Part shown: piece after piece, positions 17,925-28,051 of the stretch
How the letters are laid out: each line of letters opens with the position of its first letter
Position numbering within the stretch: the stretch's first letter is position 1
Origin: Phycisphaerales bacterium
Lineage (GTDB): Bacteria; Planctomycetota; Phycisphaerae; Phycisphaerales; UBA1924
Assembly (NCBI GenBank): GCA_965227775.1
Contig: OZ245777.1
Coordinates: 2,496,001 to 2,560,000, forward strand
Reading direction: 5' to 3'
Length of the DNA stretch: 64,000 nt
Notes under the pieces: generated by a model
The model's database searches: none
What the model was told of the DNA's origin: nothing
What the model saw: the letters and a program-made list of their open reading frames with translations, nothing else
Program-made: the position numbers and the translations under genes

Positions 17925-18974
17925 CTATGCCAAGCTCGCCATGTCAATCACGAAGCGGTACTTCACGTCGCTCTTGAGCATCCGCTCGTACGCTTCATTG
18001 ATCTGGTCCATACGGATCAGCTCGATCTCGCACTGGATGTTGTTGTCGCCGCAGAAGTCGAGCATCTCCTGGGTCTCGGCGATGCCGCCGATCAGCGAGC
18101 CGGCGAGTTGGCGGCGCGGCGCGATCAGGCCAAAGGCCGCGATCGGCTGAGGGTTGGGAGGCACGCCGACGAGGACCAGCGTGCTGTCGAGCTTGAGAAG
18201 GTTCAAGTACGCGTTCAGGTCGTGGTCAGCGCTCACGGTATCGAGGACAAGATCGAAGCTGCCGGCCTGGGCGGCCATCTCGTCCTCGTTCTTGGAGATC
18301 ACGACCTCATCGGCGCCAAGCTTTTTGCCGTCCTCGACCTTGCCCGGGCTTGTTGTAAAAAGCACCGTGTGCGCCCCCATGGCGTGGGCAAATTTGACGC
18401 CCATGTGGCCGAGCCCGCCGAGGCCGACGACGCCGACCTTCTTGCCCTTGCCCGCGCCCCAGCGCTTCAGCGGTGAGTACGTCGTGATGCCCGCGCACAA
18501 CAGGGGTGAAGCGGCGGCCGGGTCGAGGTTCTTGGGCACGCGCAGCGTGAACCTCTCATCACACACCACGCGTTGCGAGTAGCCCCCGTACGTCATGCCG
18601 CCAAGGTGCTTTTCGGGTCCGTTGTACGTGAAGATTGCGCCCTGCTCGCAGTACTGCTCTTCGTGCTGCTTGCAGTTAGCGCAGGAGCCGCACGAGTCGA
18701 CCATGCAACCCACGGCCGCGAGGTCCCCCTCCTTGAACCTCGTGACGTCGTTCCCGACCCGCGTAACCCGGCCGAGGATCTCGTGCCCGGGCACCACGGG
18801 ATACGTCGTGCCACCCCATTCGTTGCGGGCGAAGTGCAGGTCACTGTGGCACACGCCGCAGTAGAGGATCTCGATCTCGACGTCCATGGCCGTGGGTTCG
18901 CGACGCTGGATGTCGAACGGGCCGAGCGGGCTGGTGGCAGACTGGGCGGCGTAGGCCTTGGTCGGTGTGGTCAT
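17925..18974 (-). CDS. Zn-dependent NAD(P)H alcohol dehydrogenase (YahK/cinnamyl alcohol dehydrogenase-like)
   Basis: CGVCHSD, GHE, structural Zn CxxCxxC..C, GLGGLG and DVKYRFVID motifs. Confidence 0.94.
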   Translation of the reverse strand: MTTPTKAYAAQSATSPLGPFDIQRREPTAMDVEIEILYCGVCHSDLHFARNEWGGTTYPVVPGHEILGRVTRVGNDVTRFKEGDLAAVGCMVDSCGSCANCKQHEEQYCEQGAIFTYNGPEKHLGGMTYGGYSQRVVCDERFTLRVPKNLDPAAASPLLCAGITTYSPLKRWGAGKGKKVGVVGLGGLGHMGVKFAHAMGAHTVLFTTSPGKVEDGKKLGADEVVISKNEDEMAAQAGSFDLVLDTVSADHDLNAYLNLLKLDSTLVLVGVPPNPQPIAAFGLIAPRRQLAGSLIGGIAETQEMLDFCGDNNIQCEIELIRMDQINEAYERMLKSDVKYRFVIDMASLA

Positions 18975-19027
18975 GGCGCGAGCATAGCGATCTCGGCGGC
19001 GGATCAACACGCCGTCAATGATCATGC

Positions 19028-19396
19028 ATGGGCATCATCAGTAACCACTACGTCCTGGCCGTCCATGATCTCGCGCGCACCCGCGACTGGTACGAGCGAG
19101 TGCTGGGCTGTTCTGCCGAAGAGGTCGACCCGGGCAACTGGGTGTTCCTGGCCCGCGACGGCGTGACGTTCATGTGCGGCCGGTGTCCGGAAGCGATCCC
19201 TGCGGAGGACCTTGGCGACCACTCGTACTTTGCCTACCTCGTGGTCGACGACGTCGACGCGTGGCATGAGCGCGTTGTCGAGCAAGGCGCCGAAGTACTC
19301 AAGGCCCCGCGCGACGAGCCCTGGGCGATGCGCGAGATGGCGCTGCGGACGTGCGACGGGCACCGGATGATGGTGGCGAGCAAGTTGGACAAGTAG
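19028..19396 (+). CDS. VOC/glyoxalase family protein
   Basis: LAVHDL...WYERVLG; VDDVDAWHE; PRDEPWAMREM..RTCDGHRM pattern. Confidence 0.88.
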   Translation: MGIISNHYVLAVHDLARTRDWYERVLGCSAEEVDPGNWVFLARDGVTFMCGRCPEAIPAEDLGDHSYFAYLVVDDVDAWHERVVEQGAEVLKAPRDEPWAMREMALRTCDGHRMMVASKLDK

Positions 19397-19427
19397 GCTT
19401 CGCGGCCACTGAGACCAACACTCTGGG

Positions 19428-20174
19428 TCAGCACATCGTCAGGCCGCCGTCAACACAAATCACCTGGCCGGTGAGGAATCCCGCCTCGTCGCTGCTGGCG
19501 TAGCTGACCGCGGCGGCGATGTCCTCGGGTGCACCAAGGCGTGGCACGCTCATGGCCTTGAGCACGGTCTGGCCGACCTCTTCAGGCAGGCCGGAGGTCA
19601 TGTCGGTCTCAATGAAACCCGGGGCGATGACGTTGGCCGTCACGCCCTTGCTGCCCAGTTCGCGGGCGAGCGTGCGGGTGAGTCCGATCAGGCCGGCCTT
19701 CGCCGCTGCGTAGTTGGCCTGGCCCGCGTTGCCGACCACGCCCGAGGTTGAGGCGATGTTCACGATGCGGCCAAAGCGGTTCTTCATCATCGAGCGCGCC
19801 GCGGCCCGGCATGCGGCAAAAGCGCTCGTCAGGTTGACGGAGATCACCTCGTCCCACTGCTCGTCGGTCATTCGCATGAGCAGGCCATCGCGCGTGATAC
19901 CGGCGTTGTTGACCAGCACGTCGAGCCGGCCCAGGTCCTTCACGACGCCCTCGATCGCGGCACCGAAAGCCACGCGATCGCCCACGTCGACGGCGAGTGC
20001 GGTCGCCTGCCCGCCAGTCTTCTCGATCTCGGCCTTGAGCTCGTCGAGCGGGCCCTGCGAGCGGGCGGCGAGCACGACGTGGCGGCCGTCGGCCGCCAGG
20101 CGGGTAGCGATGGCGCGGCCGATGCCGCGGCTGGCGCCGGTGACGAGCGCGACTCGGGTGGGAGCGTCGGACAT
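19428..20174 (-). CDS. fabG: 3-oxoacyl-ACP reductase
   Basis: TGASRGIG, NNAGITRD, GNAGQANYAAAKAG and PGFIETDMT motifs; fab cluster context. Confidence 0.95.
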   Translation of the reverse strand: MSDAPTRVALVTGASRGIGRAIATRLAADGRHVVLAARSQGPLDELKAEIEKTGGQATALAVDVGDRVAFGAAIEGVVKDLGRLDVLVNNAGITRDGLLMRMTDEQWDEVISVNLTSAFAACRAAARSMMKNRFGRIVNIASTSGVVGNAGQANYAAAKAGLIGLTRTLARELGSKGVTANVIAPGFIETDMTSGLPEEVGQTVLKAMSVPRLGAPEDIAAAVSYASSDEAGFLTGQVICVDGGLTMC

Positions 20175-20258
20175 GCGAGCAATCTCCAAGGGAGGAAAGA
20201 AAGCGGGGCGCTCGCCGCGCCCCGTGGGAGTCAATGAGTTTAGGTGCTCGATCCGGCC

Positions 20259-21581
20259 TTAGCCGCCGCCGGGGATCGTGATGGGTCCGCGGGGCGTGCG
20301 ACGAACGGTGTCCTTGGGCTCGTCTTCTTCTTGCTGCTCGGGCTCGGGGTCTTCCTCGAACACCGGGAGCGCCGCACGGCTGATCTCATCCGATTGGCCG
20401 AGCGCGGAAAAGTCGATGGTGAAGTTGTTGGGCCCAACCTGGCCGTCGAGCTCTGAAGCACGCGCCACGGTCGGCGCGTTCGTGGGCGCGCCGCCGAACA
20501 GGTACGTGCCGTCGCCGACGGGCGTGACCGACCAGCCCAGCACATACGCCTCGCCGGGTGTTTGGATCGCCAGTGCGATTGCGCCGGGGGTGTCAGGGCC
20601 GGAGTCGCGTGCGGCCGGCGGCGGAGAGCCAATGCCAGCGTCGGCGCCTGCCAGATCGACTTCGGCGAGCTTGCGCATTGACCCTGCGACCATCTTGATG
20701 GCATCGCTCGCGTCGGGAGAGTTCTCGATGCCCTCCAGCAGCCGGGTGTAGACCCGCATCTCTTCGACGCTGTCCGCACCGCCCGAGACCGAGTCAGAGA
20801 TCGACATGCTGCCGCCGGCAAGCTGGCGGGCAACTTCGTCCGCCGAGGCGCCTTCTTCCAAACCCATGATCGCCGCAAGCTCCTGGGTGAGCTGCTGATC
20901 GGATTCGAGCACAGGACCTACGGCTTCCATCATCTCGCGTTCGAGCTGTGCCTCATCTCCACCGAACGCCTGCATGGCGGTCATCATCTCTTGCATGATG
21001 GCCATCATCTCCGGTGGGATCGCATCTGCCGAGCCGGTGGCAAAGGCTTCAGCCATGCCAGCGGACATCGCCTCAAGCGAGCCCGCATCGAACGAACCTG
21101 CGGCACGCTGTGCGCCCATCATGCCTAGCGAAGCCGCCGATGCCAACTCAATCCCTTCGGCCGGGGCGTCGGCTGTCAGGTACACGATGCGAACCTGCTC
21201 GATATTCTTCATCGCGTCGTACCACTGTCCGCCGAAGCGAAGGTCGTCGAGCACCGACCGGGCGTCGCTTGTCAGCATCTCCTCGAGCGCGAAGTCATCG
21301 CCCTTGGCAAACGCGTCGGCAAAGCGAATGGCCGCACGCACCATGGGGTCGTATTCCTCGAGCACGCTGAGCCCGTCGGCGGCCATGACGCGCGCGTCGA
21401 CCTCCATACCGGCCATGACGTTTTGGACGTCAACCCGTGCCGGTGGCGGCGGAGGCGGCGGCGGCGGCGGCGGAGGAGGAGGAGGAGGGGGTTCCTTGCA
21501 CGCGGTGAGGACCACGGGGATGGCAAGCAGCGATACCTTCAGGGCTTGTCGCGTGATGGAACGAGTCTTCCGGCTGGTCAT
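20259..21581 (-). CDS. Hypothetical lipoprotein with a 17-proline linker and Met/acidic-rich region
   Basis: Signal peptide ending LTAC, then KE-(P)17; GGAG RBS. Confidence 0.82.
   Translation of the reverse strand: MTSRKTRSITRQALKVSLLAIPVVLTACKEPPPPPPPPPPPPPPPPPARVDVQNVMAGMEVDARVMAADGLSVLEEYDPMVRAAIRFADAFAKGDDFALEEMLTSDARSVLDDLRFGGQWYDAMKNIEQVRIVYLTADAPAEGIELASAASLGMMGAQRAAGSFDAGSLEAMSAGMAEAFATGSADAIPPEMMAIMQEMMTAMQAFGGDEAQLEREMMEAVGPVLESDQQLTQELAAIMGLEEGASADEVARQLAGGSMSISDSVSGGADSVEEMRVYTRLLEGIENSPDASDAIKMVAGSMRKLAEVDLAGADAGIGSPPPAARDSGPDTPGAIALAIQTPGEAYVLGWSVTPVGDGTYLFGGAPTNAPTVARASELDGQVGPNNFTIDFSALGQSDEISRAALPVFEEDPEPEQQEEDEPKDTVRRTPRGPITIPGGG
21441..21491 (-). repeat. CCN x17 poly-proline coding tract
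   Basis: 17 consecutive Pro codons with mixed CCG/CCT/CCA/CCC usage. Confidence 0.9.
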
Positions 21582-21721
21582 GCGTCACTCCGTCTTCGGG
21601 GCGTGCTCGGGTTCATTCAGAGATTCGGCGACGGGCACCGAGAGGTTCGCCCGAGACATCGCAGGCTAGGGCTCCCAGGCAGCCCACGTTACCCCGATGT
21701 GACGGGTGTGTGAGGAAGGCG

Positions 21722-22663
21722 TCAGGGTGTGTCGTGGATGGTGACCGATACCGAGCGATCGATGCGTTTCATCATGCCTGCCAGGCTCTTGCCCGGCGCG
21801 AGTTCGTGCCACGACGCGCCCTCGCCCAGGCCGTCGGCAACCATTTGCTGGCAACCCTGGGCCCAGCGCACCGGGTGGGTCAACTGCTCGGCAAGCCGGC
21901 GGCGGATGGTGTCGGCATCGTGCTCGTGTGGGCGAGCGGTCACGTTCGAGTACACCGGACACGACGCGAGCGCCCCAGCATCAATCGGGGCATCGGCCAG
22001 AGCCGCCGCCAGCCGGTCGGCTGCGGGCTCCATGAGCGGCGAGTGGAACGCGCCGGCGACAGGCAGCGGCGTTGCCCGTAGGCCAGCTTCCTTTGCAGTG
22101 GCCTCGGCGCGGCCGATCGCGTTGGCATCTCCGCTCAGCACGACCTGGCCGGGCGCGTTAAAGTTCGCGCAGACCAGGACACCGTCCTGACGCGCCTTCT
22201 CGCAGACTTCATTGGCCTGGGCCTCGTCGCAGCCGATGAGCGCAAGCATGCCGCTGGGCGTTGCTTCGGCGGCATCCTGCATCGCACGGCCGCGCAGTGT
22301 TACCAGCCGCAGGCCGTCTGCGAAGCCGAGCACGCCGGCCAGGTGCAGCGCGGTGTACTCGCCCAGGCTCAGGCCGGCTGTCGCCTTAAGAGAGAGCGCT
22401 GCGCCGCCGAGTTCGGCCATTCCCCTCCATGCGGCGATCGAACACGCGTAGATGGCAGGCTGGCTCACGTCGGTTCGGTTGAGGGTTTCGGCCGGTCCGT
22501 CGAAGCAAAGGGCGCTCAGCGGCGCACCAAGCTGGCCCCCAAGCACCGCATCGGCTTCCTCAAAAGTCTCTCGGGCGGCGCTGCTCGCGTCGGCCCATGC
22601 ACGGCCCATGCCGACCGCCTGAGAACCCTGGCCGGGACAAACGACAATAACGCTCTCGCTCAT
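21722..22663 (-). CDS. fabD: Malonyl CoA-ACP transacylase
   Basis: PGQGSQ, GLSLGEY, ANFNAPGQVV and GAFHS motifs. Confidence 0.96.
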   Translation of the reverse strand: MSESVIVVCPGQGSQAVGMGRAWADASSAARETFEEADAVLGGQLGAPLSALCFDGPAETLNRTDVSQPAIYACSIAAWRGMAELGGAALSLKATAGLSLGEYTALHLAGVLGFADGLRLVTLRGRAMQDAAEATPSGMLALIGCDEAQANEVCEKARQDGVLVCANFNAPGQVVLSGDANAIGRAEATAKEAGLRATPLPVAGAFHSPLMEPAADRLAAALADAPIDAGALASCPVYSNVTARPHEHDADTIRRRLAEQLTHPVRWAQGCQQMVADGLGEGASWHELAPGKSLAGMMKRIDRSVSVTIHDTP

Positions 22664-22698
22664 GGGCAGGGCTCCATCTCAGATCGCCGCAAGGTTGT

Positions 22699-23760
22699 TC
22701 AGAGTCGCCAGAGGCTGCTGCCCCAGGTCAACCCGGCGCCAAAACCCAGGAACATCACCAGCTGCCCGGGCTTGATGCGACCGGCTGCCTTGAGCTCTGT
22801 GAAGCACAGAGCCACCGACGCGGCAACCGTGTTGCCGAAGCGATCGATGTTAATGTGCAGCTTCTCTTCGGGCAGCCCAAAGCGTTCGCGGGCCGCATCG
22901 AGGATGCGCTTGTTCGATTGGTGGCACACGTAGTGGTCGACGTCTTCCGGCCGTAGGCCAACCTTGTCGAGCGTTTCCTGGATCAGGTCGCTGAAGGTGC
23001 TCACGGCGAACTTAAAGACCGCCCGCCCGTTCATGTGCAGGCAGCTCATCTCGACGCCTTCTTCGGAGTCGAAGTCAGCAGGATAGTCCTCTTCCACGCG
23101 AGGAATGAACAGGTCCACCCATCGACTGCCGTCGGTGTGCATGGCTCTGGCAAGCACGCCGGTGTCGGGATCATCGCTGCCAGAAACGACGAACGCGCCG
23201 GCGGCATCGCCAAAGAGGATGCTCGTGCCGCGGCCGCGATTCGAGTATTCGATGTGCCGAGTAATTACGTCGGCCCCGACGACGCCGACCGTCTTGGCGT
23301 TGCCCGAGCGGATGAGCGCATCGACGGTGTTCAGCGCGAACACAAATCCCGAGCACGCCGCGTTGAGATCGAAGGCCGCGATGTTTCCAGCACCGATGCT
23401 CGCGGCGATCTGGCACGCCGCGGAGGGCGTGGGCATATCGGCAGTCAGCGTCGCGACCACGATCTGGTCAAGATCGGTCGCCCGCATGCCGGCATCATCC
23501 AGCGCTGCTTGGAGGGCGCGGGTGCCCAGGGACGATGTCGACTCGCCCAGTTCGCGTTTTGCGATCCGGCGCTGGGTGATGCCCGTACGCTGGCGGATCC
23601 AGTCATCGCTGGTATCCATCAGGCGTTCGAGATCGGAATTGGTCAGCACGGTCTTCGGGAGAGCCATGCCGGTGCCCAAGATGGTCGCGCCGACGCGGGC
23701 GCCACCCGCGGTGTGGACCGTGCCCTTGTCAACACGGTTTGTCGATCGATCATCGCTCAT
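22699..23760 (-). CDS. fabH: Beta-ketoacyl-ACP synthase III
   Basis: AACSGF catalytic Cys, LFGDAAGA, HQSN, GNTVAAS and GFGAGLTWG motifs. Confidence 0.95.
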   Translation of the reverse strand: MSDDRSTNRVDKGTVHTAGGARVGATILGTGMALPKTVLTNSDLERLMDTSDDWIRQRTGITQRRIAKRELGESTSSLGTRALQAALDDAGMRATDLDQIVVATLTADMPTPSAACQIAASIGAGNIAAFDLNAACSGFVFALNTVDALIRSGNAKTVGVVGADVITRHIEYSNRGRGTSILFGDAAGAFVVSGSDDPDTGVLARAMHTDGSRWVDLFIPRVEEDYPADFDSEEGVEMSCLHMNGRAVFKFAVSTFSDLIQETLDKVGLRPEDVDHYVCHQSNKRILDAARERFGLPEEKLHINIDRFGNTVAASVALCFTELKAAGRIKPGQLVMFLGFGAGLTWGSSLWRL

Positions 23761-24827
23761 GCTTTGACAGACTCTCTTAGCACGTCGGCGTCGATGGCGG
23801 ATTCGACCTCGGCCACGCGACTCTGCAGCACATCATTCAAGCCGAGTCGGAGGTACTCGAAGCCATTGCGAATACTGGCAGAAATCGTCTTGGCCTTGCT
23901 CGAACCGTGCGCGATGATGTACGTGCCATTCACGCCCAGCAGCGGAGCGCCGCCGAGTTCTTCGTAGTCGCTCTTGCTGTACAAAGCCTTGATCGCAGGC
24001 TCGAGTCGAAGTGCCAGTTCTGGGTCTTCGGCGAAGATCGCCTGGGCGATCGCACCAAAAAGGCTCCGGGCCAGGCCCTCGGCCATCTTAAGCACGGCGT
24101 TGCCGACGAAGCCATCGGTCACAACGACGTCCGCAGCGCCATCGAAGAATTCGCGACCCTCGATGAAACCTGTGAAGTTGATGTCGGGCGTCGCGGCGAT
24201 CAGGTCGCGGCTTCGCTGGATGAGGTCGGTGCCCTTGCCCTCTTCGGCGCCGATGTTCATGACGGCGACTCGGGGCTTCTCGATGTGAAGTACCGTGCGG
24301 GCGTATGCCTCGGCCATGACCCCGTATTGCCACAGGTGCGTCGGCTGGGGCTCGGGGTTTGCGCCTGCGTCGCACATCACGACTGGGCCGTTGAAGCCCG
24401 GGATGGTAACAGCGATGCCCGGACGGTGCACACCCGGGAGTCGCTTGAGGTGCATGATGGCCGCCGACACGCACGCGCCGGTGTTGCCCGCGCTCAGGAT
24501 GGCGTCGACAAACTCGGGCGTGCCGGCCGATCTGGGCGAGCCCATGCGGGCCGAACGCACGATCGACGAATCGGCCTTCGATCGCACGGCCTTTGCCGGG
24601 CTCTCACCCATTGCGATGACTTCTGTCGTCGGCACGAGATCGAACGTCGAAGGATCAACGCCCTGTTCGCGAGCCACATCGAGGACCGCGCCCTCGTCGC
24701 CCACCAGGACGAGTCGGCCGCCCTCGGGGATGGCCCCGCTGGCAGGATCGAGCGCGCGAAAGCAGCCCGCCAGGATGGCGTCGGGCGCATGATCCCCACC
24801 CATGACGTCGACTGCGAGGCGCATCAC
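23757..24827 (-). CDS. plsX: Phosphate acyltransferase PlsX
   Basis: AVDVMGGDHAP, SAGNTGA, DAGAN, DGFVGNAVLK and GGAPLLGVNG motifs. Confidence 0.95.
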   Translation of the reverse strand: MMRLAVDVMGGDHAPDAILAGCFRALDPASGAIPEGGRLVLVGDEGAVLDVAREQGVDPSTFDLVPTTEVIAMGESPAKAVRSKADSSIVRSARMGSPRSAGTPEFVDAILSAGNTGACVSAAIMHLKRLPGVHRPGIAVTIPGFNGPVVMCDAGANPEPQPTHLWQYGVMAEAYARTVLHIEKPRVAVMNIGAEEGKGTDLIQRSRDLIAATPDINFTGFIEGREFFDGAADVVVTDGFVGNAVLKMAEGLARSLFGAIAQAIFAEDPELALRLEPAIKALYSKSDYEELGGAPLLGVNGTYIIAHGSSKAKTISASIRNGFEYLRLGLNDVLQSRVAEVESAIDADVLRESVKA

Positions 24828-24890
24828 GCAGCACCTCGGTCAAGAGGCGAGCACCGAGCGGATTCGTTGCTGCTGGGAATGAGCGAGCGC

Positions 24891-25091
24891 TCAGTCACGC
24901 TCGACGCCGATCCCGAGCTTGGGAACGACGATCGTCAGGCCGGGGCGGTAGTACCCCGACTGGCGGCAGGCGCGGTGGTGGTTCTTGGGCATGCTTGTAA
25001 CCGGGCACAGGGTGACCGTCAGGCCCTTCAGCGAGTCGTGGGCCCGGCGGCGACGCGTCCGACCGTGCGACTGGCGATGCGTAGGAAGCAT
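24891..25091 (-). CDS. rpmF: 50S ribosomal protein L32
   Basis: Basic N-terminus SHGRTRRRRAH, C..HHRAC..SGYY; located upstream of plsX. Confidence 0.88.
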   Translation of the reverse strand: MLPTHRQSHGRTRRRRAHDSLKGLTVTLCPVTSMPKNHHRACRQSGYYRPGLTIVVPKLGIGVERD

Positions 25092-25281
25092 GTCAATTCA
25101 CCCTTTCGAAGGGACGTCCCGGCATCGGCCGGAACCCCGAGATCATGTGCCATTCGTACCGGACACCGAGCATACAGCCCGCCATGTCGTCTCAAGCGAA
25201 TCCAGACCCTCACGATAAGCGCCAAGCCGGGTCCCGTCAACGCGGCCGCCATTTGGAGAGCCGCAAGCATAGGCTCTCCAC

Positions 25282-27216
25282 GTGCCTGACGGAACCTGTA
25301 CAACCACCGCACCGGAGCTTCCAGCCGCTGCGCTCGAGGCCCTCCAGCGCATCTGGGGCTTCGATGCCCTCCGACCGATGCAGGCGGCGGCCATCCGGGC
25401 CTCCCTAGACGAACGGGATGCCCTCGTCGTCCTACCAACCGGAGGGGGCAAGAGCCTGTGCTACCAACTCCCGCCCCTAGTGAGTGGGCAGGCGACCGTC
25501 GTCGTCAGTCCCCTGATCGCACTGATGCGAGATCAGGTCCGGGGGCTTGAACTGAATGGCTACCGGGCCGCGGCCCTGCACTCGGCCGTGGAGTTCGAGG
25601 ATGCACAGCGGATCGAACAGCAGGTTGTTGCCGGCGAGATTGACCTGCTGCTGGCCGCCCCCGAACGCATGGTCACCTCCGGCTTTCGCGGGTTCTTGGC
25701 CCGTCTCGCGGATGGCAACCGATTGGGAGCCATCGCAGTCGACGAGGCCCACTGCATCAGCCAGTGGGGACACGATTTCCGCCCCGAGTACCGCCGATTG
25801 GCCGAACTGCGAGAGGTCGTGCCGGGCGTGCCGATGCAGGCTTACACCGCGACCGCGACGCCGCGAGTTCGCGAGGACATCATCGCCCAACTCGGACTCC
25901 GCGACCCGGAAGTGCTCGTCGGCGTGTTTGATCGCCCGAATTTGACCTACCGCGTCCGTGCGCGGCAGCCCGGCGCTCGGGCGATCGAGCAAGCGGCCGA
26001 GGCCATCAGGAAGCACAAGTCAGCTGGCGAGGGCGGGGCGATCGTCTATTGCATCAGCCGCAAAGAGACCGAGGACTTCGCCGACGGCCTGCGAGGCATG
26101 GGCCTGGATGCCCAGGCCTACCACGCGGGCCTGAAGCCCAAGCAGCGCGACAACATTGAGAGCGCCTTCACAAACGAAGAGCTCGACGTCGTCTGCGCCA
26201 CGGTCGCATTCGGCATGGGCATCGATCGGAGCAACGTCCGGCTCGTCGTACACGCCGCGTGCCCGAAGAGCGTCGAGGCCTACCAGCAAGAGGCTGGGCG
26301 GGCTGGACGCGACGGGGAGCCGGCCGAGTGTCTGTTGCTCTATGGGCCGGGCGACGCGGGCCGCTGGACGAGGCTCATCATGGGCGAGCAGCGATTCGGC
26401 CAGCCGCTCAGCGAGTCGACGCGCGCCCAGCTCGAGCTCATCCGAGAGGCCCAGCGATTCGTCGCGCTCATGGAGTGCCGCCACAAGGCGCTCAGCGAGC
26501 ACTTTGGTCAGCAGTACGAGCCACCGCCAGGCCGGCACAACTGCGGCGCGTGCGACGTTTGCCTTGGCGAGACGGAGATCGAGCCAGACTCCGCCCGCGT
26601 ATCGCAGATCATCATGAGCGCTGTCGCGAGACTCGAACAACGGTGGGGGGCCAGCCACCTGGTCGACGTCCTCCGGGGAGCGAGCACCGAGAAGATCAAG
26701 GCCAACGCCCACGAAGAACTCAGCGTCCATGGCATGCTGAAGGACCACGCCAAGGGTGAGGTCCAGATGTTCATTGAGCAGCTGATTGCGGCCGGTGCAC
26801 TCCAACGCCACGCCTCGCCCACCGAAACCGGCAGCATGATCGAGACGATCCGATTCGGTGAGCATGGGAACGCGGTCATGAAGGCCGACATGCCGGTGAC
26901 GCTCGCCAAGCCGATGGGCTCGGGTTCGCTCCGCAAGGAACGCGGCCGCCGTTCGAGCAAGGCGGCCGCTGAGGTCGTCATCCTCGACGCCGACGAGAAG
27001 GCGTTGTTTGAGCGACTCCGAGCCGTGCGCATGGAGATCGCCCGCGAAGACTCCATTCCGCCCTATATGGTCTTCAATGACGCCACGCTCCGCGAGATGG
27101 CACGCCAGAAACCCCAGAGTGAGCGCGAGATGCTCTCGATCAAGGGCGTGGGCCAAGCCAAGCTCGACACGTTCGGCCGAGCGTTCTTGGAAGCAATCGA
27201 ACAGGCCAATAGCTGA
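25282..27216 (+). CDS. recQ: ATP-dependent DNA helicase RecQ
   Basis: PTGGGKSLCYQ, DEAHCISQWGHDFRP, AFGMGID, Zn-binding Cys, RQC and HRDC regions. Confidence 0.96.
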   Translation: MPDGTCTTTAPELPAAALEALQRIWGFDALRPMQAAAIRASLDERDALVVLPTGGGKSLCYQLPPLVSGQATVVVSPLIALMRDQVRGLELNGYRAAALHSAVEFEDAQRIEQQVVAGEIDLLLAAPERMVTSGFRGFLARLADGNRLGAIAVDEAHCISQWGHDFRPEYRRLAELREVVPGVPMQAYTATATPRVREDIIAQLGLRDPEVLVGVFDRPNLTYRVRARQPGARAIEQAAEAIRKHKSAGEGGAIVYCISRKETEDFADGLRGMGLDAQAYHAGLKPKQRDNIESAFTNEELDVVCATVAFGMGIDRSNVRLVVHAACPKSVEAYQQEAGRAGRDGEPAECLLLYGPGDAGRWTRLIMGEQRFGQPLSESTRAQLELIREAQRFVALMECRHKALSEHFGQQYEPPPGRHNCGACDVCLGETEIEPDSARVSQIIMSAVARLEQRWGASHLVDVLRGASTEKIKANAHEELSVHGMLKDHAKGEVQMFIEQLIAAGALQRHASPTETGSMIETIRFGEHGNAVMKADMPVTLAKPMGSGSLRKERGRRSSKAAAEVVILDADEKALFERLRAVRMEIAREDSIPPYMVFNDATLREMARQKPQSEREMLSIKGVGQAKLDTFGRAFLEAIEQANS

Positions 27217-27259
27217 GCCTGCGTCTACGCTGTAGTCCACGAACTTCGGAGGCCAACCC

Positions 27260-28039
27260 ATGCCCGACGCAGATCAATCCGCCGTTACCAGCAAGCAGGT
27301 CCCGACCGCCGCCGAGGCATTCAAGGACCTCAAAGACAAGGGCGTTCTCTACGATGGATGTACGATCCACGTCGGCGGCTTCGGGCTTTGCGGCATTCCT
27401 GAGCAGCTCATTATCGCTTTGCGCGATACCGGCGTGAAGGATCTGACCTGCGTCAGCAACAACGCGGGCGTCGACGACTGGGGCCTGGGCCTGCTGCTGC
27501 AAACGCGTCAGATCAAGAAGATGGTCTCCAGCTACGTGGGTGAGAACGACACGTTTGCGAAGCAGTTCCTTTCCGGTGAACTCGAGGTCGAGTTCAATCC
27601 ACAGGGCACCCTGGCCGAGCGCATCCGCGCGGGCGGAGCCGGCATCCCTGCGTTCTTCACCGCGACCGGCGCCGGTACCCAGATCGCCGAGGGCAAGGAG
27701 ACGCGGACGCTTATGCCTACGCCCGCCCAGGCCCGCATCAACCGCAACGTGTTCCAAGAGCGGGAGTTCGTGCTCGAGACGGGCATCTACGCGGATCTGG
27801 CGCTCGTGAAGGCGGAGACGGCCGACCCCTTCGGCAACTTGATCTACAACAAGACCGCCCGCAACTTCAATCCCATGATGGCAACCGCCGCTGCGTACAC
27901 CATCGCCGAGGTGGACAACGTCGTCGGCCTGGGCGAGCTCGATGCCGACCAGATCCATACGCCGGGTAGCTTCGTCGATCGATTCATCGTGAGCAAGAGC
28001 GAGAAGCGCATCGAGCAGCGCACCACGCGCGACGGCTAA
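27260..28039 (+). CDS. scoA: 3-oxoacid CoA-transferase subunit A
   Basis: GGFGLCGIPE, SSYVGEN, PQGTLAERIRAGGAGIP and ARNFNP motifs; GGAGG RBS. Confidence 0.9.
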   Translation: MPDADQSAVTSKQVPTAAEAFKDLKDKGVLYDGCTIHVGGFGLCGIPEQLIIALRDTGVKDLTCVSNNAGVDDWGLGLLLQTRQIKKMVSSYVGENDTFAKQFLSGELEVEFNPQGTLAERIRAGGAGIPAFFTATGAGTQIAEGKETRTLMPTPAQARINRNVFQEREFVLETGIYADLALVKAETADPFGNLIYNKTARNFNPMMATAAAYTIAEVDNVVGLGELDADQIHTPGSFVDRFIVSKSEKRIEQRTTRDG

Positions 28040-28051
28040 GGCCCGATTCCC

